A DNA stretch of 64,000 nt from contig JAWLEP010000013.1 in the NCBI GenBank assembly GCA_041686025.1, forward strand, positions 758 through 64,757, written 5' to 3'. The notes under the pieces were generated by a model. It saw nothing but the letters and a program-made list of their open reading frames with translations, had not been told where the DNA came from and did no database searches. Positions 28,110-39,675 of the stretch are shown one piece after another. The stretch comes from Candidatus Fermentibacteraceae bacterium (lineage in GTDB: Bacteria; Fermentibacterota; Fermentibacteria; Fermentibacterales; JCC-6). Numbering within the stretch: the first letter of the stretch is position 1; every line of letters starts with the position of its first letter. The translations under genes and the position numbers were made by a program.

Positions 28110-31100
28110 GAGCTATGCTTGCAGCGACGGTGCTGGCGATGGCCGCGGTCTCCGCCGGGGCCATGGATGTTACAGTAAGCGTCCCCCTGGGCGCTCCCTC
28201 CACTCTGGAGGGGGAGATGGGCGTCTCCCCCTGGGCCCCGGGCCTGACCCTGGCCGGGGAGCCCGGCGAGGTCCTGCTTCCCGTGCGCCGGGTCTTCGTG
28301 CCGGTGCCCCCCGGCAGCAGCCCCTCAGTCGAGGTCCGTCCCCTGGACGTGGTGCGTACGCGGGTACCGGATGGAGGCTGGGCCAGGGCCCCCATGCTGG
28401 TGGGAAGCGGGCTGGAGACCACCGCCGTTCCGGCGCCCCCCCGCACGTCCTCCAGGGGCCGGGCTGAGCTGGTGGGGGTCAGCCATCTGTTGGGCGTGCC
28501 GGTGGCCGTGGTGGACGTATGCCCGCTCTCTTCGGGGTCCATGGCCTCCTGGGCGAGCCGGGTGGAGCTTACCGTATCCGTGCATGACCGGTTCCCCGCG
28601 CCACGCCAGCTCCCTCCGGCGACCCTGGACGGGGTGCTGGCGGGTGACGGTCCGGTATGGGGCGGCGCCAGCCTGCAATGGCCCGAGAGCCCCTTCTGGG
28701 GCCGGCCGTGGGCCAGGCTGGCCGTGGGTTCCACCGGCGGCTACAGGGTCACCGTCTCCGACCTGGAGGACGCCGGCTGCTCCGTCTCCGGGGCCCCGGT
28801 GGAGACCCTGCGGATGCTCACCGGGCCTGCGGTGATGTTCGGCACGGACCCCTCGGTCCTGCACACCCCCCAGGAGGTGGCCATCGAGGTGGAGGACCTG
28901 GACGGAAACGGGCTGTTCGACGGCTCCGACAACGTGCGCTTCCTGGCGAGGGGGATAGAGCGCTGGATTCCGGAGGCCGACAGCCTGCGCTGGATGCAGC
29001 ACCGCTACGCTACCCACAACGTCTACTGGCTGACGTGGGGGGGCGAGAGCGGGGAGAGGGTGTCCATCGAGGACGCCTCCCCGGACGGCTCGCCCGCCTA
29101 CGGGCTCCCGGTTCCCTCCTGGAGCTTCCGGGAGGAGGAGCTGCAGTACCAGGCGGACTACGAGACCAGAACCGGCTGGGTGTGGGAGGTGCTGGAGGAC
29201 GGGGAGACCTTCCAGGCCACCCTGGAGCTTCCCCGGGCGGGGAGCTGGGACCTGAAGGCGCGCGTCCTCTCGCTGGGCACCGGCACCAGCACCGTGCGGC
29301 TGTCGGTGAACGGCCAGCAGGTGGCCCAGGAGACCTGGACCAACAGGCAGGTCCGGTGGATAGTGGCCCCGGACCAGCCGCTGCAGCAGTCCAACCAGGT
29401 GGAGGTGACCTTCTCCATAGAGGGAGGGGTAGACCCCTACCTGGCGGTGGACCTGTTCAAGGTGCAGTCGGCGCTTCCGGGAGGGGCCACTGACAGGCCG
29501 CTCTTCCCGGGGCTGTCGGCCCAGGGCAGGTACACCTTCTCCATGGACCGGATTCCCCAGGGCGGCCGGGTCTACGACGTCACCGACTTCCTCGGCCCGG
29601 TGAGGCTGGACGGCGTCCAGCCGGCGGGGGAAGGTGTTTCCTTCTCCGCGACCGTGGGCGACAGCACCCGCCTGCTGGCCCTCGCGGAGGATGACTGGCG
29701 GCTTCCCGACTCCATTGGGCCGGCCTCTCCCGGGAGGATCCTGGGCACCCTGGAGGAGGGCGACCGTCTCTTCGTGGCTCCCCCCTCGCTCCTCGACGGC
29801 GTCTGGGGCCTTGCTCAGATCAGCGAGCAGGCCGGGCTCGTTCCGGCGGCTGTGACCACCAGGGAGGTCTACGACGAGTTCAACGCCGGGGTGGCCGACC
29901 CCGGGGCCATCCGCTCCGCCGTGCGCTGGGGCCAGGACGAGCTGTCTCCCGGCGTGGAGGGTCTGGTCCTGGTGGGCAACGGACACTGGGACGTGAGGAT
30001 GAACACCGTCTCCACTCCCAGCCTGGTCCCGCCCTACACCCTTCTGGGCAATCCCTCCTCCGGGGAGGGGGTATGCTCCGACGACTTCTACGTCATGACC
30101 CATTCCGGGGACGTTCTGCCGGAGATGCCGGTGGGCAGGATACCGGCCGAGGACGCCACCGATCTGGCCTCCATCACCGCCAAGAGCCTGGCGTACGCGG
30201 AGGGGGCCTCCGCGGGGGACTGGGTCAACAGAATGATGTTCCTGGCCGACGACGAGTGGGGCAACGGCATGAACCAGAGCGAGACGGTCCACACCATCGA
30301 CTGCGAGAAGCTGGCCGAGGACCACGCACCCCGCTACGTCGACCGGGAGAAGGTGTACCTGATCGAGTACCCGTGGCCCTCCGGGGGTGGTCACCCCGAG
30401 AAGGAGGAGGCCCGGGAGGACTTCATAATGGAGTACAGCCGGGGGAGCGCCTTCATGGCCTTCATCGGCCACGGCTCCCCCAACCAGATCACCAACGAGA
30501 AGGTCCTGCGGGGATCGGACGTACCCTCGCTTACCAACGGCGCCAGGCTGCCCCTCACCTACTGGGGCACCTGCAACGTGGGGCAGTTCGACATACCGGG
30601 GTCCACCTGCATAGGGGGCAGGCTGGTAGCCTCCCCGGAGGGCGGGGGCGTGGCATCGGTGGCCGCCACCAGGGGCACCTTCAGCGGCCCCAACTACTCC
30701 CTGGGGGCGGCCCTCATCGACTCCCTGTACGGCTCGGGCGCCGATTACTCCATGGGAACGGCCACCTGGCTGGCCAAGATAGGCAACGCCTCCTACACGG
30801 GATCGGTACGCTACTACGCCTACCTCGGGCACCCCGACCTGTGGCTGATGATGCCCGATACGGCTCCCCAGCTGTCCCTGGCGGCTCCCCAGCTGCTCAG
30901 CGGCCAGACCAACTCCCTCCAGGGCGACGGCTTCGCCGGGCAGGGGCTGGCGGCCATCGAGGTCCGCGAGTCCTCCGTGGACACCGTATACACCACACTC
31001 GGCGGCAACATCATAAACTGGCGCAAGCCGGGAGGCCCCGCCTACCGCGGCACCGTGGCCCTGGACGCCGGCGGCTTCGGCCTGGAGGCCTTCGTTCCCC

Positions 31101-31864
31101 TGCAGTCCAGGACCGGAGGCCTGGCCAGGGCCGCGGCCACCTATCTGGGCGCCCCCGTCACCTCCGCGGCGGCGCTGGACCCCCAGCCCCTGGCGGAGGG
31201 AGACCCGCCGGAGGACTACAGCGGGCCGGAGATACAGATGTGGGCCCGGGGATACCGGGGGGTGGAGGAACCCAGGGTCAGCGGCGAGGTCACCGTGGAG
31301 GCGGAGCTGTCCGACAGCAGCGGCATCTGCTTCCTGGGCGGTGACGGGCGGTCCATCACCCTGTTCCTGGACGGCCAGGGCATCGACGTCAGCCGGGAGT
31401 TCTCCTACCACCAGGGAAGCTCCACCTCGGGAAGCCTGGAGGCGGAGCTGGAGCAGCTCTCCGACGGATGGCACACCATCATCCTCCGCTGCTACGACGG
31501 CGTGGGAAACATGTCCATGGACACCCTGCGGCTGGAGTCCCTGCAGGGCGAGGACCTGGCCATACAGCAGGAGCTGGTCTATCCCAACCCGGGCAGCGGC
31601 AGGAGGTGCTTCAGCTTTCGGGTCACCGCAGACGCGTTCGTGCGCATATCCATCTATACGGTGGCCGGCAGGCGGATACGCACCCTTTCCTCCGACTGCT
31701 CTCAGGGTTACAATCAGATCGTATGGGACGGGCTGGACGCCGAGGGTGACAGGCCGGCCACCGGCAGCTACGTCTACCGCATCGAGGCGGTGGCCTCCGG
31801 GAGCAGCGTCTTCGACACGGAGGCCGAGGAGATGGGAGTTCTGGCCGTGGTGGAGGGTGGTTAG
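28106..31864 (+). CDS. Giant secreted peptidase C25 family protein with T9SS C-terminal sorting domain. Paralog 2.
   Basis: Start MRAMLAATVLAMAAVSAGA (internal to track ORF 27806..31864). Motifs FIGHGSPNQ and LTYWGTCNVGQFD. It is collinear with paralog 1 (shared blocks ...ESPFWGRPWAR..., ...NVYWLTWGG..., ...KVYLIEYPWP...). CTD is ELVYPNPGSGRRCFSFR...GSYVYRIE. Confidence 0.75.
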   Translation: MRAMLAATVLAMAAVSAGAMDVTVSVPLGAPSTLEGEMGVSPWAPGLTLAGEPGEVLLPVRRVFVPVPPGSSPSVEVRPLDVVRTRVPDGGWARAPMLVGSGLETTAVPAPPRTSSRGRAELVGVSHLLGVPVAVVDVCPLSSGSMASWASRVELTVSVHDRFPAPRQLPPATLDGVLAGDGPVWGGASLQWPESPFWGRPWARLAVGSTGGYRVTVSDLEDAGCSVSGAPVETLRMLTGPAVMFGTDPSVLHTPQEVAIEVEDLDGNGLFDGSDNVRFLARGIERWIPEADSLRWMQHRYATHNVYWLTWGGESGERVSIEDASPDGSPAYGLPVPSWSFREEELQYQADYETRTGWVWEVLEDGETFQATLELPRAGSWDLKARVLSLGTGTSTVRLSVNGQQVAQETWTNRQVRWIVAPDQPLQQSNQVEVTFSIEGGVDPYLAVDLFKVQSALPGGATDRPLFPGLSAQGRYTFSMDRIPQGGRVYDVTDFLGPVRLDGVQPAGEGVSFSATVGDSTRLLALAEDDWRLPDSIGPASPGRILGTLEEGDRLFVAPPSLLDGVWGLAQISEQAGLVPAAVTTREVYDEFNAGVADPGAIRSAVRWGQDELSPGVEGLVLVGNGHWDVRMNTVSTPSLVPPYTLLGNPSSGEGVCSDDFYVMTHSGDVLPEMPVGRIPAEDATDLASITAKSLAYAEGASAGDWVNRMMFLADDEWGNGMNQSETVHTIDCEKLAEDHAPRYVDREKVYLIEYPWPSGGGHPEKEEAREDFIMEYSRGSAFMAFIGHGSPNQITNEKVLRGSDVPSLTNGARLPLTYWGTCNVGQFDIPGSTCIGGRLVASPEGGGVASVAATRGTFSGPNYSLGAALIDSLYGSGADYSMGTATWLAKIGNASYTGSVRYYAYLGHPDLWLMMPDTAPQLSLAAPQLLSGQTNSLQGDGFAGQGLAAIEVRESSVDTVYTTLGGNIINWRKPGGPAYRGTVALDAGGFGLEAFVPLQSRTGGLARAAATYLGAPVTSAAALDPQPLAEGDPPEDYSGPEIQMWARGYRGVEEPRVSGEVTVEAELSDSSGICFLGGDGRSITLFLDGQGIDVSREFSYHQGSSTSGSLEAELEQLSDGWHTIILRCYDGVGNMSMDTLRLESLQGEDLAIQQELVYPNPGSGRRCFSFRVTADAFVRISIYTVAGRRIRTLSSDCSQGYNQIVWDGLDAEGDRPATGSYVYRIEAVASGSSVFDTEAEEMGVLAVVEGG

Positions 31865-33026
31865 CTTGGATCGGGAAGCCGGAGGACCCGCAGCCGCTGA
31901 CGGCAAGGTAGCCTGGCTCTGGAGCCAGGTGGAGGGGGCCCGGGAGAGCGGCGAGGTGGACGTGGCCCGGGAGAGCCTCTCCCGGCTGCTGTCCGACCCC
32001 AGGGTGAGGGGCACGGCCGACGAGGACCTGGCCATGCTGCACCTCTGCCAGCTGGAGCTGGAAGAGGGCCGGGTGGCCGAGGTAGCCAGGCGCATCACCG
32101 ACTTCTCCTGGAACGTCCGTCCCGGTCCGGCGGCGCTCCTGCTGGCGGCGGACGTCTACATGAAGCTGGACTGGTTCGCCCAGTCGCTGGAGTCCCTGGA
32201 CCGATACCTGCGGGAGATCCCCGACGACCTGGACGCCAGGCGCAAGAAGGGCCTGGTGCTGCTGATGCTGGACCGGGACGACGAGGCCGAGCGGGCCCTG
32301 CTCTCCGTGGCCCGCCGGGAGCGTTACCGGGTTCCGGCCACCCTGGCCTACCTGGCCATGCTGGAGGCCAAGAACGACCGGCTGGAGGAGAGCCTTCACC
32401 TGCTGATGCAGGCCAGGGACCTGGCCCCCTTCGACAGCCGCATAGAGCACACCCTTCTCCGGGTGGAGGCGCTGCGGGTGAGGCTTCGGCGCAAGGCCCT
32501 CTCCCACGACGGCCTTCCCCTGGAGGACGTGGTGGGGGGCATGGTCTCGGGGATGATGGAGCTGCACGGATACACCGAGAAGCAGGCCAGGTACGCCCGG
32601 GACGTATGGAACCACTTCTGCGCCCTGGAGACCCCCACCGGCCGCAAGCCCGCCATCTGGGCCGCCGCGCTGGAGTACGCCGTGACCCGCAGCGGCCCGC
32701 ATCTCTCCCAGGAGGAGCTGGCCGAGGAGTACGGCGTATCCTCCTCCCAGCTGCGCGAGCACTACAAGACCCTCACCTCCAAGGTGGACCTCCAGGCCTC
32801 CGGCGACCTGCTGGCCGAGGCCGCCAGCCAGGGCTCGGCCCTGTCCAGCCTGGTGCACCGCGAGGAGCTGGCCGACGTCCTGGCCGGGGCCGTCCGCAGG
32901 CTGTCCGACTTCGAGACCGAGGCCGAAGCGGTGGCCTGGATCTTCGACAGGATGGACCCGGCCGGCGAGGAGGAGCGCCGGGAGGTGGAGGATTTCCTCC
33001 GCTTCATCTGGAACCGCCGCCGCTAA
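31857..33026 (+). CDS. TPR-repeat protein (possible regulatory/HTH C-terminal region).
   Basis: Only the part after the C25 stop is credible, starting at GTG 31857 or TTG 31866. It has TPR-like helices (ADVYMKLDWFAQSLESLDRYL; ATLAYLAMLEAKNDRLEESLHLL) and LSQEELAEEYGVSSSQLREHY. Confidence 0.5.
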   Translation: MVSLDREAGGPAAADGKVAWLWSQVEGARESGEVDVARESLSRLLSDPRVRGTADEDLAMLHLCQLELEEGRVAEVARRITDFSWNVRPGPAALLLAADVYMKLDWFAQSLESLDRYLREIPDDLDARRKKGLVLLMLDRDDEAERALLSVARRERYRVPATLAYLAMLEAKNDRLEESLHLLMQARDLAPFDSRIEHTLLRVEALRVRLRRKALSHDGLPLEDVVGGMVSGMMELHGYTEKQARYARDVWNHFCALETPTGRKPAIWAAALEYAVTRSGPHLSQEELAEEYGVSSSQLREHYKTLTSKVDLQASGDLLAEAASQGSALSSLVHREELADVLAGAVRRLSDFETEAEAVAWIFDRMDPAGEEERREVEDFLRFIWNRRR

Positions 33027-33032
33027 CCAAGC

Positions 33033-33193
33033 GGGGACGGAGATTAAATCCACCAAAAGGAACCTGAAGGGACGGAGTTTAAGTTCATCAAGTACAGTGC
33101 GCCAAAAGCTTGGATTGTCGCAAGCCCTGAACTTGATGAACTTAATCTCCGTCCCCGGTTGACTTAATCTCCGTCCCCGGTTGACGTCCCCGG
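33033..33193. repeat. Cluster of four copies (both orientations) of the motif GGGGACGGAGATTAA / TTAATCTCCGTCCCC. It includes a 25-bp inverted repeat and a 22-bp tandem direct repeat.
   Basis: Copies at ~33033-33047 and 33069-33083 (forward), and 33141-33155 and 33163-33177 (reverse). IR arm 33069-33093 pairs with 33131-33155 (1 mismatch, 37-nt spacer). The unit cttaatctccgtccccggttga is tandemly duplicated at 33141-33162 and 33163-33184. It begins 6 nt after the TPR stop and ends ~145 nt upstream of ppdK. Confidence 0.7.
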
Positions 33194-33336
33194 GGCGTTT
33201 GTTGGCCGCGGCGGGGCAGTTGCATATATTCAATGCTCCCGAGGAGCCTCAGCCGTCCCCGCGGCCGGGGATCAGTCAACAAATCATGCGGTGCCATGGG
33301 GCGCCGGCATCCGTGCGGAGAGTGGTGGTTGAAGAG

Positions 33337-36108
<2,772 letters not shown>

Positions 36109-36119
36109 CGGGGAGACGC

Positions 36120-38537
36120 TTGAACGAGCAAGGGCGCACGGTAGTAGTAGCCGAGAGCGACCCCGATCTGCTGGGGATGATGGAGAAGGCCCTCTGCGAG
36201 GAGGGCCTTTCCGTCCACACCACCATGGACGGCTTCGGGGCGGCGCGAATGGTGTGCGAGAAGGCCCCCGCCCTGGCCATTCTCGGGTACTACCTTCCCA
36301 ATCTCTCGGGCCTGCGGGTCTGCCGCTTCCTCAAGAACCGCGACGAGACCGCGGGCATTCCCCTGGTGCTGATCTGCCCCACCGGTGACACCAGAATACA
36401 GCGCAGGGCCCGATGGGCCGGCGTGGACCGGGTGCTGGCCCTGCCCTTTGGCGTAGACGATCTCACCGGCCTCTGCGGAGGGCTGCTGACGGAATCCGAG
36501 CCCGCCGCCGAGCCGGTTCCCTGCTCCGATCCCGAGTCCATCCGGGACACCCTGTGCGACATGCTCGAGCACAGGGTGGAGCACCTGGAATCAGTGCGGG
36601 AGCTGGCGGGGCGTCTGGACCTCTCCACCTCCGCCCGGGAGGTTTTCATGCGCATCGCCGAGGGCGTGCTCACCGGCCTGGGCATGGACCGGGCGTGGAT
36701 AGCCCGATACCTGCCGGAGAGCGGCCAGCTGCTTACCGAGGCCACCGTGGGAAGGGGACTCTCGGACGAGGCCCGGCCGGTGAGCCTGGAGGAGAGGCCG
36801 GAGCTGCCGGAGGCCATAGCGGTGCGGGAGAAGAGGGTTGTCCGCTCCGCGGAGCTCCCCCTGCCGCCGCAGCGGCTGGCCTGGGGCGGCAGCACCGACT
36901 ACATCGACGTGCCCCTGATCGCCCGGGGACGCGTTCTGGGGCTGCTGCGCTGCGACCACCTGGTGAGCGGAAGGGGATTCACCAGGGAGGAGATCCAGGC
37001 GCTGAAGCAGTACGCGGACCAGGCGGCGCCCACGCTCTTCAACTCCCTGGGCGTGGAGGAGATGAGCGAGGGCCAGGAGCAGATGTCCTCCATTCTGGGC
37101 AGCATGGACTCGGCGGTGGTGGTGGTGGACACCAACAAGACCATCCTGGAGGCCACCTCCCGGGTGAAGGACCTCTTCGGAAAGCAGCCGGCGGAGATCA
37201 GGGGCAGGCCCCTGGGGGAGGTTGTGCCGGTTCTGGGGGATCCCGAGAGGGTCCGGCTGCTGCAGGAGGTTCTCGCGAACGGCTACTCGCGGACGGAGGG
37301 CGGCGTGGAGCTCTCCCGGGCGGGGAAGGGCAGCCTGGTGCTTCAGATACGATACGTGCCTCACCGGCGGAGCGGCAGGATCACCGGGGCGGTCATTGTC
37401 GCCGCCGACGTTACCGAGGAGTACCACCTCAGGGAGAGCCTCAAGCGGCGCAACGAGGAGCTGGAGACCATCTCCAGGATCGGCAGCAAGCTCAACTCCA
37501 CCCTGGACCTGGAGGAGATCTCCACCACCCTGGCCAGGACCATCAGGCAGTTCCACCCCGACGAGGCGGTTTCCATCCTCCTGCCGGCTCGGAGCGAGAA
37601 GGACTCGGAGGGCAGCTCCGAGTACTTCCGGGCTGCGGCCACCTCCGGCTTTCCCCGGGAGTACGACACCCTGGGCAGCAGGCTGCGGGTGTTCGGCTCG
37701 CCGTCGGACTCCGAGGAGGATGACGTATGGGAGCGTCAGAGCATAATCTCGGTGGCTGCCAGGACCGGCCAGCCGGTGAACGTGGACGACGTCACCCAGG
37801 ACAGCAGGTACCTGGAGGTGCTACCGTCCACCCGAAGCGAGATGGTGGTGCCCATGGTGGTAAGGGAGAAGGTGGTGGGCATCATAGACGTGCAGTGCTC
37901 CAGGCCCGGGCACTTCTCGTCGGACAACGTCCGCCGGATCACCACCCTGGCCAACCATGCGGCCACTGCGGTGGAGAACGCCCATCTGCACGCCAAGGTC
38001 TGGGAGATGGCCCAGCGTGACAGGCTCACCGGCCTGCGCAACCTGCGGTTCTTCGAGGACAGGCTGAAGGAGGAGCTGGACAGGGCCGCCAGGTACGATT
38101 CGCCCTTCTCCCTGATCATGATGGACATAGACGACTTCAAGCACTACAACGACTCCTTCGGCCACCCCATGGGCAACGTGCTCCTCAGGACCGTCTCCCG
38201 GGCCATCGGCTCCGCCCTTCGCGAGGTGGACATACTGGTCCGGTACGGAGGCGAGGAGTTCGTCTGCATCCTTCCCATGACGGGTCAGAGGGAGGCGGCG
38301 GAGATAGCCGAGCGCATCCGCCGCAAGGTGCTGGAGGCCAACTCCGAGATACCCCACGCCTCCGAGCAGCCCCGCGGATGCGTGAGCATCAGCCTGGGCG
38401 TATCCAGCTTCCTCACCGACGTCAGGGACCGCGACAGGCTGCTGGAGGTGGCTGACGAGAGGATGTACGCCGCCAAGCGGGCGGGGAAGAACCGGGTGTG
38501 CTCCCCGACCCCGGGCAGCAGCCCTTCGGATTCCTGA
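36120..38537 (+). CDS. Response-regulator receiver / PAS / GAF / GGDEF diguanylate cyclase.
   Basis: An N-terminal REC-like segment (VVVAESDPDLLGMMEKAL...LPNLSGL), PAS and GAF-like middle, and a C-terminal GGDEF domain (RYGGEEFVCILP, DDFKHYNDSFGHPMGN). It lies 12 nt downstream of ppdK. The start is TTG. Confidence 0.85.
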   Translation: MNEQGRTVVVAESDPDLLGMMEKALCEEGLSVHTTMDGFGAARMVCEKAPALAILGYYLPNLSGLRVCRFLKNRDETAGIPLVLICPTGDTRIQRRARWAGVDRVLALPFGVDDLTGLCGGLLTESEPAAEPVPCSDPESIRDTLCDMLEHRVEHLESVRELAGRLDLSTSAREVFMRIAEGVLTGLGMDRAWIARYLPESGQLLTEATVGRGLSDEARPVSLEERPELPEAIAVREKRVVRSAELPLPPQRLAWGGSTDYIDVPLIARGRVLGLLRCDHLVSGRGFTREEIQALKQYADQAAPTLFNSLGVEEMSEGQEQMSSILGSMDSAVVVVDTNKTILEATSRVKDLFGKQPAEIRGRPLGEVVPVLGDPERVRLLQEVLANGYSRTEGGVELSRAGKGSLVLQIRYVPHRRSGRITGAVIVAADVTEEYHLRESLKRRNEELETISRIGSKLNSTLDLEEISTTLARTIRQFHPDEAVSILLPARSEKDSEGSSEYFRAAATSGFPREYDTLGSRLRVFGSPSDSEEDDVWERQSIISVAARTGQPVNVDDVTQDSRYLEVLPSTRSEMVVPMVVREKVVGIIDVQCSRPGHFSSDNVRRITTLANHAATAVENAHLHAKVWEMAQRDRLTGLRNLRFFEDRLKEELDRAARYDSPFSLIMMDIDDFKHYNDSFGHPMGNVLLRTVSRAIGSALREVDILVRYGGEEFVCILPMTGQREAAEIAERIRRKVLEANSEIPHASEQPRGCVSISLGVSSFLTDVRDRDRLLEVADERMYAAKRAGKNRVCSPTPGSSPSDS

Positions 38538-38541
38538 TCCC

Positions 38542-39675
38542 GTGAAGATCATGGACATCACCATGTTCTACAGCGCCACCGGGGGCGGTGTGCGCCGCTA
38601 CCTGGAGACCAAGCGCCGCTGGCTGCGGCGGGAGCTCCCCTCGGTGGAGCACGTGCTGGTGATCCCCGGAGAGGAGCCGGGGATGACGGAGGACGGCCTG
38701 GGCCGGGTCTACTCCGTGGGGGGGATCCCGCTTCCCTTCTCCCCCGGCTACAGGCTTCCCGTGGGCGCGCGCAGAATCTCCAGGATACTGAGCGAGGAGT
38801 CGCCCGACCTGGTGGAGGCGGGCTCGCCCTTCACCATGCGCAGGGCCCTGTCCGGGGCCATCGGCTCCGGGGGACCGCCGGTGTTCGACTACTACCACGC
38901 CTACTTTCCACCCTCCTACGCCGCCGCCCTGGGGCGTCCCCTCACCTTTCTCAAGGCCCCCCTCCTCAGGTACGGATGGCACTGGCTCCGCCGCGCCTAT
39001 GCCGACTCCGCGCGGGTGCTGGTGGCCTCCCCCGTGATCCGTGAGGTGCTCCGCTCCCGCGGCATCGAGAACACCGAGCTGGCTCCTCTGGGAGTGGACG
39101 TGGAGAGGTTCCGGCTGACCCCCGGACCAGCCGGGGACGTCCCCGTGCTGCTCTTCGTGGGCAGGCTCACCGAGGAGAAGGGGATCAGCGTCCTGCTGGA
39201 GACCTACCGGCTGCTGAGGCAGCGGGGCAGGGTGCGGCTGCTCATCGCCGGCGACGGCATAATGCGGGAGAAGGTCGGGTCGCTGGCCGGGGACGACCCG
39301 GACGTCACCTACCTGGGCTACGTGCCCAACCGCAGAATGCCGGAGGTGTACGCCGAAGCCGACCTGCTGGTCTCCGCGGCGCCGACGGAGACGCTGGGGC
39401 TCTACTTCCTGGAGGCCCTGGCCAGCGGGGTGCCGGTGGTGGGCCTCTCCGGAAGCGGGCTGATGGACGTGCTGCCGGACCGGGTGGCCCGGGCGGTACC
39501 CCGCCAGCTCCCCCGGGATCTGGCGGAGGCCTGCCGGGAGCTGCTGGCCCGGCCGCCCTCCAGAGAGCTGTGCCGGAGGGCCGCGCTGGACTACGCCTGG
39601 CCCCGGAGCCTGCGCAGGATAGTCGGCCTCGAGACCTCCATAGCCGGCCTGGAGCTGCCGGGGCTGTCGGCATGA
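38542..39675 (+). CDS. Glycosyltransferase family 4 (GT-B, RfaG-like).
   Basis: VLLFVGRLTEEKGISVLLE...LLIAGDG...ADLLVSAAPTETLGLYFLEALASGVPVV, i.e. the GT4 EX7E-type motif region. Confidence 0.8.
   Translation: MKIMDITMFYSATGGGVRRYLETKRRWLRRELPSVEHVLVIPGEEPGMTEDGLGRVYSVGGIPLPFSPGYRLPVGARRISRILSEESPDLVEAGSPFTMRRALSGAIGSGGPPVFDYYHAYFPPSYAAALGRPLTFLKAPLLRYGWHWLRRAYADSARVLVASPVIREVLRSRGIENTELAPLGVDVERFRLTPGPAGDVPVLLFVGRLTEEKGISVLLETYRLLRQRGRVRLLIAGDGIMREKVGSLAGDDPDVTYLGYVPNRRMPEVYAEADLLVSAAPTETLGLYFLEALASGVPVVGLSGSGLMDVLPDRVARAVPRQLPRDLAEACRELLARPPSRELCRRAALDYAWPRSLRRIVGLETSIAGLELPGLSA

Noticed and set aside
28325-32098. 1257-aa minus-strand ORF.
   Set aside because: It is antisense to C25 paralog 2, which has catalytic and CTD motifs. 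The antisense product is Gly/Pro/Arg-rich with no domain signature.
33141-33184. Possible CRISPR array (22-bp tandem repeat).
   Set aside because: There are only two directly abutting units with no spacers. The repeat is part of a larger both-orientation motif cluster, and there are no cas genes in the window.
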